DNA of 64,000 nucleotides. It comes from an uncultured Chloroflexia bacterium (GTDB taxonomy: Bacteria > Chloroflexota > Limnocylindria > Limnocylindrales > CSP1-4). The position numbers and the translations under genes are program-made. Below, in pieces: positions 31,800 to 42,261 of the stretch (position 1 is its first letter; each line of letters opens with the position of its first letter). The notes under the pieces are model-generated. The model made no database searches. It saw nothing but the letters and a program-made list of their open reading frames with translations, and was not told where the DNA came from. The stretch lies in assembly GCA_963768655.1 (NCBI GenBank), contig CAVYIM010000003.1, positions 704,001 to 768,000 on the forward strand. The letters run 5' to 3'.

Positions 31800-33205
31800 C
31801 TACTTCTTGGCAAGCACGAAGCGCCGGGCAACGAGATGTGGGACCGAGACGGATGGTCCGTCGAGCACATAGCCGTGCCGCTTCAGGGTCGCGAGGAAAG
31901 ATACGATGCTGGCATCTCCCGACGGATTACCGATGATCCACACCGCCGGCGGCCACGTCCGCTCTATCTGCGACTCGTTCATCCTGGCGGGTGCGTTCCC
32001 GGCTAGTCCGAGCCGCTCTACGTAGTAATCATAGACGGGGTACACATATTCGGGATTGAACACGACCATGTCGCCCGCCTGTGCCCTCGACGTCAACGCA
32101 ACAGTGGCGTCGCGCCAGTCCCCATTCGGGAGCAGCGCATACGACGAGGCCCCGGTCGTTGCAGAGATTGCCACCAGCCAGACGGCGGCCAACACCGCTA
32201 GCCTGCGAGGCTTCACCGAGAATGCCGTGATCACGCAGACGGCGGCGAGGCCCGGCACCGCAAACAACAAGTAGCGCTCTATGAGCATCGGGTGGAAGAG
32301 TGAGACCGCGATCGTGGCGGCGATAGGCACGACCCCTATCAGGAGGGGCAAGGAGTAGTCACGCCGACCACTTGCAACGAGCCAGGCGACGAAGAGGAGG
32401 GCCTCGCCGGCGACCACGAACAGTGGCCAGCTTGCGCCTGCCAGCGCGAACAACGTGGAGATGATCTGGCTTTGGCTGAGGGGGGGATCCAGGCAACCAG
32501 CCCCGAATGAAGCGTTGCAAACACGGCTATCGGCGTTGACAGCGCAGCCACGACGATGCCGGCGGCGACGGCGCGGCGAAGATGGTCGCGCTCGTAGGTC
32601 ACCAGCCATATCGCATGGGCCAACAGAACGAACGCCGTCCACAGGTGCGCGTAAATAGCCAGGACGGCCATCGCTGCGTAAAGCCACCACCAGCGCATCG
32701 ATCGACGCTCCACCGCGATCTGCAGCGCCAGCGTTGCCGCGAGCACCAAGAACAGCGCCAAACTGTACATCCGCGCCTGCTGCGCATAGGTGATGAACAT
32801 CTGCGACGTCGCGAACATCAGGCTGACGGCTATCGCCCCAACTGGATCCAGCCAGCGACGAGCGATCAGATACAGCAGCGGGACCGAGCCGGCGGCAAGG
32901 ATGGCAGAGAAGGCGCGAACAGGGCCCTCATGTATCCCGACCAAGCCGACCCACCAATGCAGCAGAAAGTAGTAGAGCGCACCGTTGGCGTCGCGCGAGA
33001 CGTAATGGACGAGCCCAGGCAAGTCGGCCCGGGCGTACTGGATGCTCACGGCTTCATCGAACCAGACGCTCTTCGATCCGATCCGATACAGCCCGAGCGC
33101 AAGCGCTACGCCGAACAGCCCCGCCAAGAGCAGCCAACGCGAGAAGACGACTCCAGGGACACGGTTCTTGACGGAGACAACAACGGACAAGCCGGTTCCT
33201 TTCAT
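31800..33205 (-). pseudogene. GT39/PMT-like (GT-C) membrane glycosyltransferase frameshifted in a C7 run
   Basis: KSVWFDEA, LYYFLLHWW, VRAFSA, QQARMY motifs. The frames join as WIPP|LSQSQII if the C7 tract (G7 at 32480-32486 on +) were C8. Confidence 0.82.
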
Positions 33206-33643
33206 TCCGTCTCTGACGGGTCGACCCACTCCCGCTGAGTGAGGCCTCCCGCGGTTCTGGCTCCTCGAGCAGTTCGACAACAGACTCAAACTGCTGAACG
33301 TCCTCCGCAATTCTCCAACAACTCCGCCCGCGGAAAGCGGCGCTTTCGCGGCCCCGACATCTTGACCCGATCAGCGGCGGCGTACCCGAGGTCGTGTAGG
33401 TCCCTGTTCGGCGAGAGTCGAATGAGGGCCTTCGTTTCCGCGCCTATTCCCAGCAACCCTGACGTCGAGAGACAGGGTCTTGGGCAAGCCCGATGAGTCG
33501 CCCAGATGGACGCTCCCGAACCGAGGGCCGCGTTACGCCCCTGACCCTGTAGGGCGAGTAGGAGGCGGCGTCGAGCCAGAAACGCGAGCGGGACGGCGCC
33601 GCGACCGCAACTGCCGCTGTCGTGCTCCTGTATCGTTGCGGCC

Positions 33644-34981
33644 ATGTCTGACACTTACCACCTCACTGTCGTCGGGGCCGGCTACGTCGGCCTGGCCACC
33701 GCAATCGGACTCGCCTCGCGCGGGCACACCGTGGACCTCGTGGAAACCCGCCGGGACCGCCTGGAAGCCCTGGTCGGGGGCGAACTTCCAATCCACGAGC
33801 CGGGCATGGACGCGGCCTTTGCGGATCCGGCCGTGCGAGGCCGCATCAGTTCGGTGGGGCGGATCCCCGAGGGGCCTTCCGACCTCGTCCTGATCTGCGT
33901 CGGGACGCCGCTTGACGAGAACGGGCGGAGCGATTTGCAGCAGCTCCGGAGCGCCCTGGAAGCGTCGCGTCAGCTGGTCCAATCCGGCGTGCCCCTCGTC
34001 ATCCGCAGCACTCTGCCGGTTGGTTCCAACGACCAGGTCATTCGCTGGGCTGGCGGCGACCGAACTCGGATCTTTACCAACCCCGAGTTCCTGGCCCAGG
34101 GCAGGGCCCTGGAGGATTTCCTCGCGCCGAGCCGGGTGGTGATCGGCAGGTTTCCCGACGCAGACCCCAAGGCCCTGGCCGTTGTCGAAGCCGTCCTCGG
34201 AGTCGAAACGTGCCCGGTCATGGTCGTGAGCGTGGCCGAAGCCGACCTCATCAAGAACGGGGCCAACGCGTTCCTGGCCCTGAAGCTCTCCTATGCCAAC
34301 GAGCTGGCGGTCTTGTGCGAGGAACTCGGCGCCGACGTCGTGACGGTTATCGACGGGATCGGGTTGGACCCACGCCTGGGCAAGAAGTACATGCAGCCCA
34401 GCTTCGGCTTCGGCGGCAGTTGTCTGCCCAAGGATCTCCGCTCGCTCACCAACGTGGGGCGCGACCTGGGGCTGGAGATGCACGTCACGTCGGCGGCTTC
34501 CGAAGCCAACGAGTCGCACCAGCGGCGGTTCGCCCGACGCATATTGGGGTCACTCGAGCCGGGCGCCAGACGGGTTGCCATGCTGGGCCTGGCCTTCAAG
34601 GCGGGCACGGACGACGTTCGGTCGTCGCCGGCGCTCCGTGTCGCGGAGTTGCTGATGGCGCGTGGCGTGGAAGTCGTGGGCTACGATCCTCACGCCGCTC
34701 TGAACGCGGCCGCGGTCCTGCCCGGTCTGCACCTGGCCGCCACGGCCGAAGAAGCGCTGGTGGGCGCCGGCGCCGCCGTGATCGGCACTGAGTGGCCGGA
34801 GTTCCGCGACCTCGACTGGCGCGCGATAGCGCCGACGATGGCCGCTCCGGTCGTGATCGACGGCAGACGCCTGCTGGATGGGCCGGCGTTGCGGGCCATG
34901 GGATTCCGCTACGAGGCCGTGGGTGCCCCGGCATCGACCCAGCCCCCTCGAGTGCGGGACAAGGCAAGAGCCGCCGGCTAG
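33644..34981 (+). CDS. ugd: UDP-glucose 6-dehydrogenase family
   Basis: GAGYVGL, CVGTP, NPEFL, GFGGSCLPKD, GLAFKAGTDDVRSSP. TATCGT lies 7 nt before the ATG. Confidence 0.88.
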   Translation: MSDTYHLTVVGAGYVGLATAIGLASRGHTVDLVETRRDRLEALVGGELPIHEPGMDAAFADPAVRGRISSVGRIPEGPSDLVLICVGTPLDENGRSDLQQLRSALEASRQLVQSGVPLVIRSTLPVGSNDQVIRWAGGDRTRIFTNPEFLAQGRALEDFLAPSRVVIGRFPDADPKALAVVEAVLGVETCPVMVVSVAEADLIKNGANAFLALKLSYANELAVLCEELGADVVTVIDGIGLDPRLGKKYMQPSFGFGGSCLPKDLRSLTNVGRDLGLEMHVTSAASEANESHQRRFARRILGSLEPGARRVAMLGLAFKAGTDDVRSSPALRVAELLMARGVEVVGYDPHAALNAAAVLPGLHLAATAEEALVGAGAAVIGTEWPEFRDLDWRAIAPTMAAPVVIDGRRLLDGPALRAMGFRYEAVGAPASTQPPRVRDKARAAG

Positions 34982-35054
34982 AAGGCCAAGTGCAGCCGGC
35001 CGGCGCCGAGCCTTGTCAGGCGCCCACTCCTGTGTCCCGGCCGACAGCGATCTA

Positions 35055-36464
35055 TCAGCGCCCCGTCAGCATCGCCGGCATGGTGCGGGCCATGATCTTG
35101 ACGTCCAGCCAGAGGGACCAGCTGTCGATGTACTCGAGGTCCTTCTCGACCCACTGATCGAACTCGGGGCATCGGCGAGCGTCTATCTGCCACAGGCCCG
35201 TCATGCCGGGCTTCATCGACAGCCGCCGGCGGTGCCAGACGTCGTACTGCGCGACCTCGCTCGCGAGCGGCGGACGAGGTCCGACCAGGCTCATCTCGCC
35301 TCGCAAGACATTCCACAGCTGGGGCAACTCGTCCAGCGATGTCCGACGCAGGAACTGGCCCATGCGCGTGACCCTGGGGTCGCGCTCCAGCTTGAAAGCA
35401 TGCCCCTGGATTTCGTTGCGGTCGCTCAACTCGGCGAGCCGTTGCTCGGCGTCGCTGCACATGCTGCGGAACTTGACCATTGTGAAGGTCCGGCCGTGGA
35501 GGCCGACTCGTTCCTGGCGGAACAGGACGGGTCCGCTGGAGTCGAGCTTGACCAGCACCGCAAGCAGTGCCATGACCGGCGACAGGACCACCATGAGGAC
35601 TACCGAAGCCACGATGTCCACGATGCGCTTGGCAACCAGTGCGAGGGCCCGGTCGGGACCGTTCGCAAGCGAGTAGACGCCCACTCCGTCGATGTTCTCC
35701 AGGCGACCGAGCGTCAACACCCGTTCTATTGGAGCCGCCGGCACCCGCACGACCTTGCCCTCCTGCTGGCACAGGTGGGCGGCCTGCTCGATGATGTCCT
35801 CCATGGCGAAGGGCAGGCAGATGGCCACCTCATCCACTATCCGACTGTGTAGCACTTTCTCGAGGTCTTCGACAGAACCGAGCAGCGGTCGACCCAGGTA
35901 GACGCCGTTGTCGGATGCTCCCGCCTTCAGGTGCCCGATGACCACCAAACCCAGCTCGGGATGGCCTTCGACCATGTTGGCGAACGCCTTTGCCCTCGCG
36001 TTGGCGCCCAGCACGAGCATGTGGCGGACGTTGCGGCCTTTATTGCGAAGATAGAAGAGCGCATACCGCATCCCCACTCGCAAGCCGAAGGCGGCCGCCA
36101 CCAGCGACGGAAAGACGACCAACAGGAGAAGGCGGCTCACATCCGGGAGCTTGAAGAGGAACAGGGCGCTCAGCGTTATGGCCACCAGGGCGATCGCTGC
36201 CCCCAGAACCTCGCTGAACTCACCCCGCAGCGTCCAGTGCCAGCGACTCTGGTAGAGGCCGCGCATCCACAGCAGCCCTATCCATGTGACGACGAACAGC
36301 CCCACAGCGAGTCTGGCGTCCGGGAGCGAGGCGTCGAGGGCCGTGTCCCACTCTGCAGCCGGCCCGAACCTGAGGCTGGCTGCGACGACGACGACCGCAA
36401 CGGCAACCAGCGCATCAGCCATCATCAGGATGAGCTGGAACACGGTGGCGTGGCGACGGATCAT
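35055..36464 (-). CDS. Priming polyprenyl-phosphate sugar transferase (WbaP/WcaJ type)
   Basis: KRIVDI, FRQERVG, KFRSM, DPRVT, SLDELPQLWNVLRGEMSLVGPRP, KPGMTGLWQ; AGGAGG RBS. Confidence 0.95.
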   Translation of the reverse strand: MIRRHATVFQLILMMADALVAVAVVVVAASLRFGPAAEWDTALDASLPDARLAVGLFVVTWIGLLWMRGLYQSRWHWTLRGEFSEVLGAAIALVAITLSALFLFKLPDVSRLLLLVVFPSLVAAAFGLRVGMRYALFYLRNKGRNVRHMLVLGANARAKAFANMVEGHPELGLVVIGHLKAGASDNGVYLGRPLLGSVEDLEKVLHSRIVDEVAICLPFAMEDIIEQAAHLCQQEGKVVRVPAAPIERVLTLGRLENIDGVGVYSLANGPDRALALVAKRIVDIVASVVLMVVLSPVMALLAVLVKLDSSGPVLFRQERVGLHGRTFTMVKFRSMCSDAEQRLAELSDRNEIQGHAFKLERDPRVTRMGQFLRRTSLDELPQLWNVLRGEMSLVGPRPPLASEVAQYDVWHRRRLSMKPGMTGLWQIDARRCPEFDQWVEKDLEYIDSWSLWLDVKIMARTMPAMLTGR

Positions 36465-36774
36465 GTGCCGGTGCGCCTCCTACCCGCCCAGGTCGAAACT
36501 CGCCGACGCTGGGTGACGTTGCGCATTGTACCCGGTCACCCTTGGGCGCGATACCTGCCGGCAAGGGCAGCACCGGAGCGCCCATCGGACGAAGGCGGCG
36601 GGATCGGGCGTCCGGCCGTCCGCGCGGCCGGGCACCGCGGGCCGCAAACGGGACCCCGCCTGGTGTGGGATACTCGACCCAACTCCGCGAGTCACCGCGG
36701 ACTCCACGTCGCGGCCTTCCGCTCCGGCACACGGCCTGAGCGGCCCGCCCCGCCAGGACGGCTTGTCGAGAAAC

Positions 36775-38094
36775 ATGTTGGTGGACTCTAAGAGCGAGCG
36801 TAAGGCCGTGAGCCCCGCTCCTGCGAAGCGTGTCTGCGTGATCGGGCTTGGCTTCGCCGGGCTCCCCACGGCAACCGCAATCGCCGCCGCCGGGCACCGG
36901 ACCACCGGCCTGGACATCGATGCCGCGAAAGTCGCCAGCATCAACGGCGGCCATGCCACGAGCGGCATCCCTGCCGCGGCGATCGCCCCGCTCATCGAGG
37001 ATGGGTCTCTCACCGCCACGACCGACGCCGCCGCCATTGCGCGGGCCGAGGTCGTGCTCATCACCGTGCCGACGCCGATCGACAGCGAGGGTCGGCCGAA
37101 CGAGGTCCCCGTCGAGCGGGCCTGCGAAACGGTTCTCGAACATGTCTCGGACGGGGCGCTGATCGTGATGCAGTGCACGGTCATCCCCGGGACCACCCGG
37201 CGCCTGCTGGTCGACCCGCTCAACGCCGCGGGCCGCAAGGTCGGAGAGGACATCTTCGTCGCCTTCAGCCCCGAGCGGATCAACCCGGGCGACCCGGTCT
37301 TCAACGTCAGCAACACCACCAAGCTCGTGGCCGGGGCCACGGATGCCTGCCTCGAGCGCGGACGCGAGTTCGTCGCCTCGTTCGTGTCCTCCGCGATGCC
37401 GGTGGCTTCACTCGAGACGGCGGAGCTGGCCAAGCTCGTCGAGAATACGTTCCGCTTCATCAACATCAGCTTCGTCAACGAGCTGGCCGTTCTGTGCGAC
37501 CGTTTCGGGGTCAACGCCTGGGACGTGATCGCGGCCGCGGCCACGAAGCCGTTCGCGTTCATGGCTCATTTCCCCGGGCCCGGCATCGGCGGCGATTGCA
37601 TCCCCGTCTCGCCGCGATACCTTCAGGCCGCGGCTGAGCGCAAAGGGCTCGTCTCCGACGTGATCGCGGCCTCGTTCCGCGCCACCGGCCGCATGCCCGG
37701 GCACGTCGCCGATCGCCTGGCGGCTCTCCTTGCCGAGCGCGGTCGGGTCATGACCGGCGCGCGGGTGATCGTCGTGGGGCTGGCGTACAAGCCGGATATC
37801 GCCGACGCCCGCCACTCCCCGGCAGTTGGCGTGATCCGCGAGCTCGAGTCTCGGGGGGCTGAGGTTCTGGTCCACGATCCGCTGGCTACCGGGATCATCG
37901 TCGACGGCGTGCTGCGACCTTCCGTCCCGCTCGATCGGGTCTGGCCGGCGGGTGCCGTCGGTGCCGACGCAGCTGTCGTGGTCACGCCCCATTCGAGCAT
38001 CGACTATGCGGCTCTGGCCGGCCGGGTCGGAGTCGTTCTCGACACCCGCAATGCGCTCGGACGGGTCGGCTCCGAGCGGATAGTCTCTCTCTGA
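36775..38094 (+). CDS. NDP-sugar dehydrogenase (UDP-HexNAc dehydrogenase WbpA/WecC-like)
   Basis: VIGLGFAGLP, FSPERINPG, AELAKLVENTFRFINI, GIGGDCIP, YKPDIADAR.SP. Start is ATG 36775 or GTG 36808. Confidence 0.88.
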   Translation: MLVDSKSERKAVSPAPAKRVCVIGLGFAGLPTATAIAAAGHRTTGLDIDAAKVASINGGHATSGIPAAAIAPLIEDGSLTATTDAAAIARAEVVLITVPTPIDSEGRPNEVPVERACETVLEHVSDGALIVMQCTVIPGTTRRLLVDPLNAAGRKVGEDIFVAFSPERINPGDPVFNVSNTTKLVAGATDACLERGREFVASFVSSAMPVASLETAELAKLVENTFRFINISFVNELAVLCDRFGVNAWDVIAAAATKPFAFMAHFPGPGIGGDCIPVSPRYLQAAAERKGLVSDVIAASFRATGRMPGHVADRLAALLAERGRVMTGARVIVVGLAYKPDIADARHSPAVGVIRELESRGAEVLVHDPLATGIIVDGVLRPSVPLDRVWPAGAVGADAAVVVTPHSSIDYAALAGRVGVVLDTRNALGRVGSERIVSL

Positions 38095-38308
38095 GCCCGA
38101 TCGGTCCCGGACAGGTCCCGCGAAGGCCGCCCCGGCGGCCGCCAATCAGCTGAACTCTAGAACCACACCCGGCCTCAACCCGCACGGACGCGCGGCGGGG
38201 GCCGCCCCGGCGGGCGGACCGCGCAGCCGGCCGGCCGCGTCAGAGCGGATGGCGGACGACCTCGATAGCCTGGTATCGTCACCTGCTAGCAGAACGAGGT
38301 GAGAAGTT

Positions 38309-39406
38309 GTGATCTTCGGTCCGCTGGCTGTTGGCGCGGCCGCCTTCGTGGTCGCGGTCCTGATGGTTCCGCTGACGAACAGGCTGGCCTTCCGCTTTGG
38401 AGCAGTCGTTCATCCCAGGGAGGATCGCTGGTCCCGTCAGGTCGTGCCGATCCTCGGCGGTCTGGCGGTGGCGATTGCCGTCGCGGCCGTGGCGTGGATG
38501 GCGGTCGACGAAGGAACGACGTTCTTCGCCTGGCTGGCGGGCCTGATCGGCCTGACCGTGCTTGGCCTGATGGACGACCTCTGGGACGTTCATCCACGCT
38601 ACCGCCTAATCGCCGAGGCGCTGCTCGGCGCCGGCTTCCTGGTGGTCGTGTTCGACGATCTCGACACTCTGCCGCGGCTGGCGGTCGGCCTAGCCGGTGC
38701 GATCGCGATACCGATGATGACCAACGCCACGAACCTGGTCGATAACTCGGATGGGCTGGCGAGCTCTCTTTCTGCCGAGACGGCGCTGACAATTGCCCTG
38801 ACCGCGATCGTGGCCGGGATGAAGGGCAACGAGGTGGGCCTCGGTCTCGTAGTCACGGGCGCGTGCCTGGGCTTCCTGGTCCACAACCGCCCGCCGGCGC
38901 GGGTCTTCATGGGCGACGCGGGCAGCCTTGGCCTCGGCTTCGCGCTTGCCGGCGCCGGCGTGCTGCTGATCCACGATGCTGAGATACACCCCAGTGCCCA
39001 GGCGACGGCGGCAGCCCTGGCCATTCCGCTGGCGGCCTTCGTCCAGTTCGGGGACGTGGCGATGGTCTCGGTGACCCGCATCCGGCGCGGCGTGTCGCCG
39101 TTCAAAGGCGGCACGGATCACACTTCTCACCGGCTTGTTCGGGCCGGGCTTCGCCCGTGGGAGATGCTGGGCGTCGTGGGGCTGGCCAGCGGCGTGTGCG
39201 GCGGCCTGGCGATGCTCCTGGCCTGGCTCGCCCCCGCCCCTCTCTTCGAAATCGTCGTGGTGGTGGTGGCCGGCATCCTGGTGCTCGGTTTCGAGACCGT
39301 CGTTGCCCTGCAGGTTCCATTCGAATCCCCGGTGCCGACCGCGGGCTCGGCCGCGCCGGTGGCGGGCGTGGTGGCTGCCCCGAAGACGGCGGGCGGATCC
39401 CGGTGA
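38309..39406 (+). CDS. MraY/WecA/TagO family polyprenyl-phosphate HexNAc-1-phosphate transferase
   Basis: PILGGL, LMDD, NLVDNSDGL, FMGDAGS, DHTSHRL. Confidence 0.9.
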   Translation: MIFGPLAVGAAAFVVAVLMVPLTNRLAFRFGAVVHPREDRWSRQVVPILGGLAVAIAVAAVAWMAVDEGTTFFAWLAGLIGLTVLGLMDDLWDVHPRYRLIAEALLGAGFLVVVFDDLDTLPRLAVGLAGAIAIPMMTNATNLVDNSDGLASSLSAETALTIALTAIVAGMKGNEVGLGLVVTGACLGFLVHNRPPARVFMGDAGSLGLGFALAGAGVLLIHDAEIHPSAQATAAALAIPLAAFVQFGDVAMVSVTRIRRGVSPFKGGTDHTSHRLVRAGLRPWEMLGVVGLASGVCGGLAMLLAWLAPAPLFEIVVVVVAGILVLGFETVVALQVPFESPVPTAGSAAPVAGVVAAPKTAGGSR

Positions 39407-40368
39407 GGGTCCTGGTCACCGGCGGGGCCGGCTTCGTCGGCTCTCATCTGGTCGACGCGCACGTGGCCAGCGGCGATGACGTCGTCGTCGTGGACGATCT
39501 CTCGACCGGCCGCCGCGAGAACGTCGCGGCCCACGTCGCCGCGGGCCGGGTCCGCTTCCTGGAGGGCAAGGCGGAGGATTCGGCCATCATCGAGCCCGCC
39601 TTCGACGGCGTCGAGCTGGTCTACCACCTGGCCGCCGCGGTAGGCGTGTTCCAGATCCTGGCCCACCCCCTGGCGTCGATCCGGACGAACCTGGAGGCCT
39701 CTGCTGCCGTATTCGAGCGGGCTGCGGCTCGAGGAGTCCGGACGATCTTCACCTCGACCAGCGAGGTCTACGGCAAGAACGTTTCGCACGCCCTGAACGA
39801 GGACGACGACACGATCTACGGCGCCACCAAGGTCCACCGCTGGCTGTACGCGGTGTCGAAGGCCACCGACGAGTTCCTGGCCCTCGCTTACCAGCAGGAG
39901 CGCGGGCTGCCAGTCACGGTCGTGCGCCTCTTCAACACGACCGGTCCGCGCCAGACCGGCGCCTACGGAATGGTCGTGCCGCGTTTCGTCCGCCAGGCGA
40001 TCGAAGGCCAGCCGCTGACCGTCTACGGCGACGGCAGCCAGCTGCGCTGCTTCACCAACGTCCACGACGTGGTGGCGGCGCTGATGACCCTGGCCGCGAC
40101 GCCGGCCGCGATCGGCGAGGTGGTCAACGTCGGCAACCCGCGCGAGATCTCGATCCGCGACCTTGCCGCTCTCGTGTGCGAGATCGTCGGTTCGAGCTCG
40201 CCCGTCGAGCTGGTCGACTACGAGTCGGCGTACGGCCGGGGATTCGAGGACATGCGCCGCCGCGTCCCGGACGTGAGCCGGCTGCGGGGCCTGATCGGCT
40301 TCGTGCCCACGACCCCGCTCGAAGAGACGATCAGGGAAATCGCCCGCGACCTGGCTCCCGACCGATAA
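39403..40368 (+). CDS. NAD-dependent NDP-sugar epimerase/dehydratase
   Basis: TGGAGFVGSHL, STSEVYG, YAVSK, RLFNTTGPRQ; GTGA overlap with the upstream gene. Confidence 0.92.
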   Translation: MRVLVTGGAGFVGSHLVDAHVASGDDVVVVDDLSTGRRENVAAHVAAGRVRFLEGKAEDSAIIEPAFDGVELVYHLAAAVGVFQILAHPLASIRTNLEASAAVFERAAARGVRTIFTSTSEVYGKNVSHALNEDDDTIYGATKVHRWLYAVSKATDEFLALAYQQERGLPVTVVRLFNTTGPRQTGAYGMVVPRFVRQAIEGQPLTVYGDGSQLRCFTNVHDVVAALMTLAATPAAIGEVVNVGNPREISIRDLAALVCEIVGSSSPVELVDYESAYGRGFEDMRRRVPDVSRLRGLIGFVPTTPLEETIREIARDLAPDR

Positions 40369-40495
40369 GCCGCCCGCTCGGGATCCGGCGCCCGTCGCCC
40401 AACCCCCGGCGCACGTCGCCCGACCGCCGGCGGCCGCCGGGTATGATCGCGGCTGCGCAACCGTGGGTCTGCGCCGAGCTGGCAGGAGGAGCGGT

Positions 40496-42169
40496 GTGAG
40501 CGAACGCGCCGGGGTTCCGACGGTCGATTCGGTCGGGGCGGGGGGACGCGGAACCTTCCGGCGGGCGGCAGGGTTCGTGCAGGATCCGGCGGGTCTGTCG
40601 GCGCTCGCCGCGGTGATCGCCGCGGTCGTCCTCTGGCTGGTGGTCCAACCGCTCACTCGCGCCACCGCCGACACTGATGCCGCTGCCTCGGTTATGTACT
40701 TCGAACGGATCGTCCAGGGCCACCGCCTCGAGGCCTTCTTTCCGACCACCCCCAAGCCTCTGCTGACGCTCGTCTACGGCGTGGCCTGGTCCCTGACACA
40801 CGACTGGCACTCCCTCGCGGTCATGACTCTCCTCGTGGCCGCGCTGGCAGTGGGCATGGCGACGCGGCTGGCGGCCCGGCTGGGCGGCATCCCGGCCGCC
40901 GCATTCGTGGCCATCGCGCTGATCGTCTGGCCCAGCTTCTGGCTCGAGGTGGCCGATGCCAATTCGTTCGTGTGGGGCCTGGCCCTGTGGCTGCTGGCGG
41001 CACTGCTCATCACCGCGGATCGCCCGAGGCCCTGGCTGGCCGGTTTCGTGCTGGTGCTGGCCGGTCTTGCCCGAACCGAGACGATCTGGTTGGTCGTTAC
41101 GGCCGCCGGCTGCGCCGCGGTCGTTCTGATTCGAGCCAGGCGAACCGGCGATCGAAGCCAGCTGCGCCTGGCGCTGCCGCCGATTCTGGGTGCCCTGGCC
41201 GTGCCTCTGGCCTGTCTCCACGACTTCCTGCTGACTGGGAGGCCCTTCTACTGGCTGAACGTGCCCGCCGGCTATACGGCCCTGGCCTACCCGGGCCTGG
41301 CCCCGGCTTCGCCGCTGGCTACGCTCCACCGGGAGATGTATCACTACGTTCCGCTGGGGGCGCTGGCATTCCTCGCCGTGGTCGGCGTCGCCTGGCTGGC
41401 TCTGACCCGATGGCGGGCCGTTGCCTTCGCCCTGGTGGTGCTCGCCGGTGGCGTCCTGGGGACGCTCATCGTCCTGGCGTGGCGGGCCGTCTTCATCTCG
41501 GACCGCTACTACGAAGAGGCCGACGCGGCGATCCTGCTGGCCGCGGCCGTCGGTGGTGGCCTCCTCGTGGACAGGGCCGCGGCCTGGCTGGGCAAGCGAC
41601 GTGCCGGCCGCGGCGCGCCGGGCACGGCGACCGCGCGCCCCTGGCCGCGCCAGGCCGCCCTCGGCGGAGTTGCCGCCCTGCTGGCCCTGGGCCTGGCCTG
41701 GGTGTCTTTCCCGCAGGGAGGCGTCCAGCCCGAGATTGCGCGGGCGGACCAGGAGGCCGCCGAGATCAAGGAGGCCGAGCCGCAACTTGCCGCGATCGTC
41801 GCCGGCGCGAACGGCGCCACGATGACCGTGAGCGGCGTCGCCTACCCGGTGGCCGATCCCAAGGGCTGTCGCGTATTCGTGCCACGCTGGGGGCTGCCGC
41901 TCATCTCCGTGGACACCGGCATTCCTATCACGGTGCTCGGCGATTCGTGGCTCGCCTTCCGGAACGGGGACTACTCGGTGCTCAGCCCCGGCCAGTGGAT
42001 CCTGCACGTCGCCGCGGACGACGACGGATCCGGCGGCGTCTACGCTCCCTTCGAGCACTCGGTGCCGACGACCCTGACCCTGAAGAGCGGCGTGGCGCTG
42101 ACGATCGTCCCGGTCTTCATCGACGAGCAGGCCGGGGTCTGGCTGCTTCGAGTCGACGCGGCGGGCTGA
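40496..42169 (+). CDS. Polytopic membrane protein, possible GT-C glycosyltransferase
   Basis: About 11-12 TMs, acidic DTD loop after TM1, soluble C-terminal domain; AGGAGG RBS. Confidence 0.6.
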   Translation: MSERAGVPTVDSVGAGGRGTFRRAAGFVQDPAGLSALAAVIAAVVLWLVVQPLTRATADTDAAASVMYFERIVQGHRLEAFFPTTPKPLLTLVYGVAWSLTHDWHSLAVMTLLVAALAVGMATRLAARLGGIPAAAFVAIALIVWPSFWLEVADANSFVWGLALWLLAALLITADRPRPWLAGFVLVLAGLARTETIWLVVTAAGCAAVVLIRARRTGDRSQLRLALPPILGALAVPLACLHDFLLTGRPFYWLNVPAGYTALAYPGLAPASPLATLHREMYHYVPLGALAFLAVVGVAWLALTRWRAVAFALVVLAGGVLGTLIVLAWRAVFISDRYYEEADAAILLAAAVGGGLLVDRAAAWLGKRRAGRGAPGTATARPWPRQAALGGVAALLALGLAWVSFPQGGVQPEIARADQEAAEIKEAEPQLAAIVAGANGATMTVSGVAYPVADPKGCRVFVPRWGLPLISVDTGIPITVLGDSWLAFRNGDYSVLSPGQWILHVAADDDGSGGVYAPFEHSVPTTLTLKSGVALTIVPVFIDEQAGVWLLRVDAAG

Positions 42170-42261
42170 CCGTCCTGTCGGCCAGCGCCGCCGATGCGCG
42201 ACGCGGCGGCCCACTCCGCCGCGGCCGGGCCGCGCATCGCTTCCACTACAATCGCCGGGCC

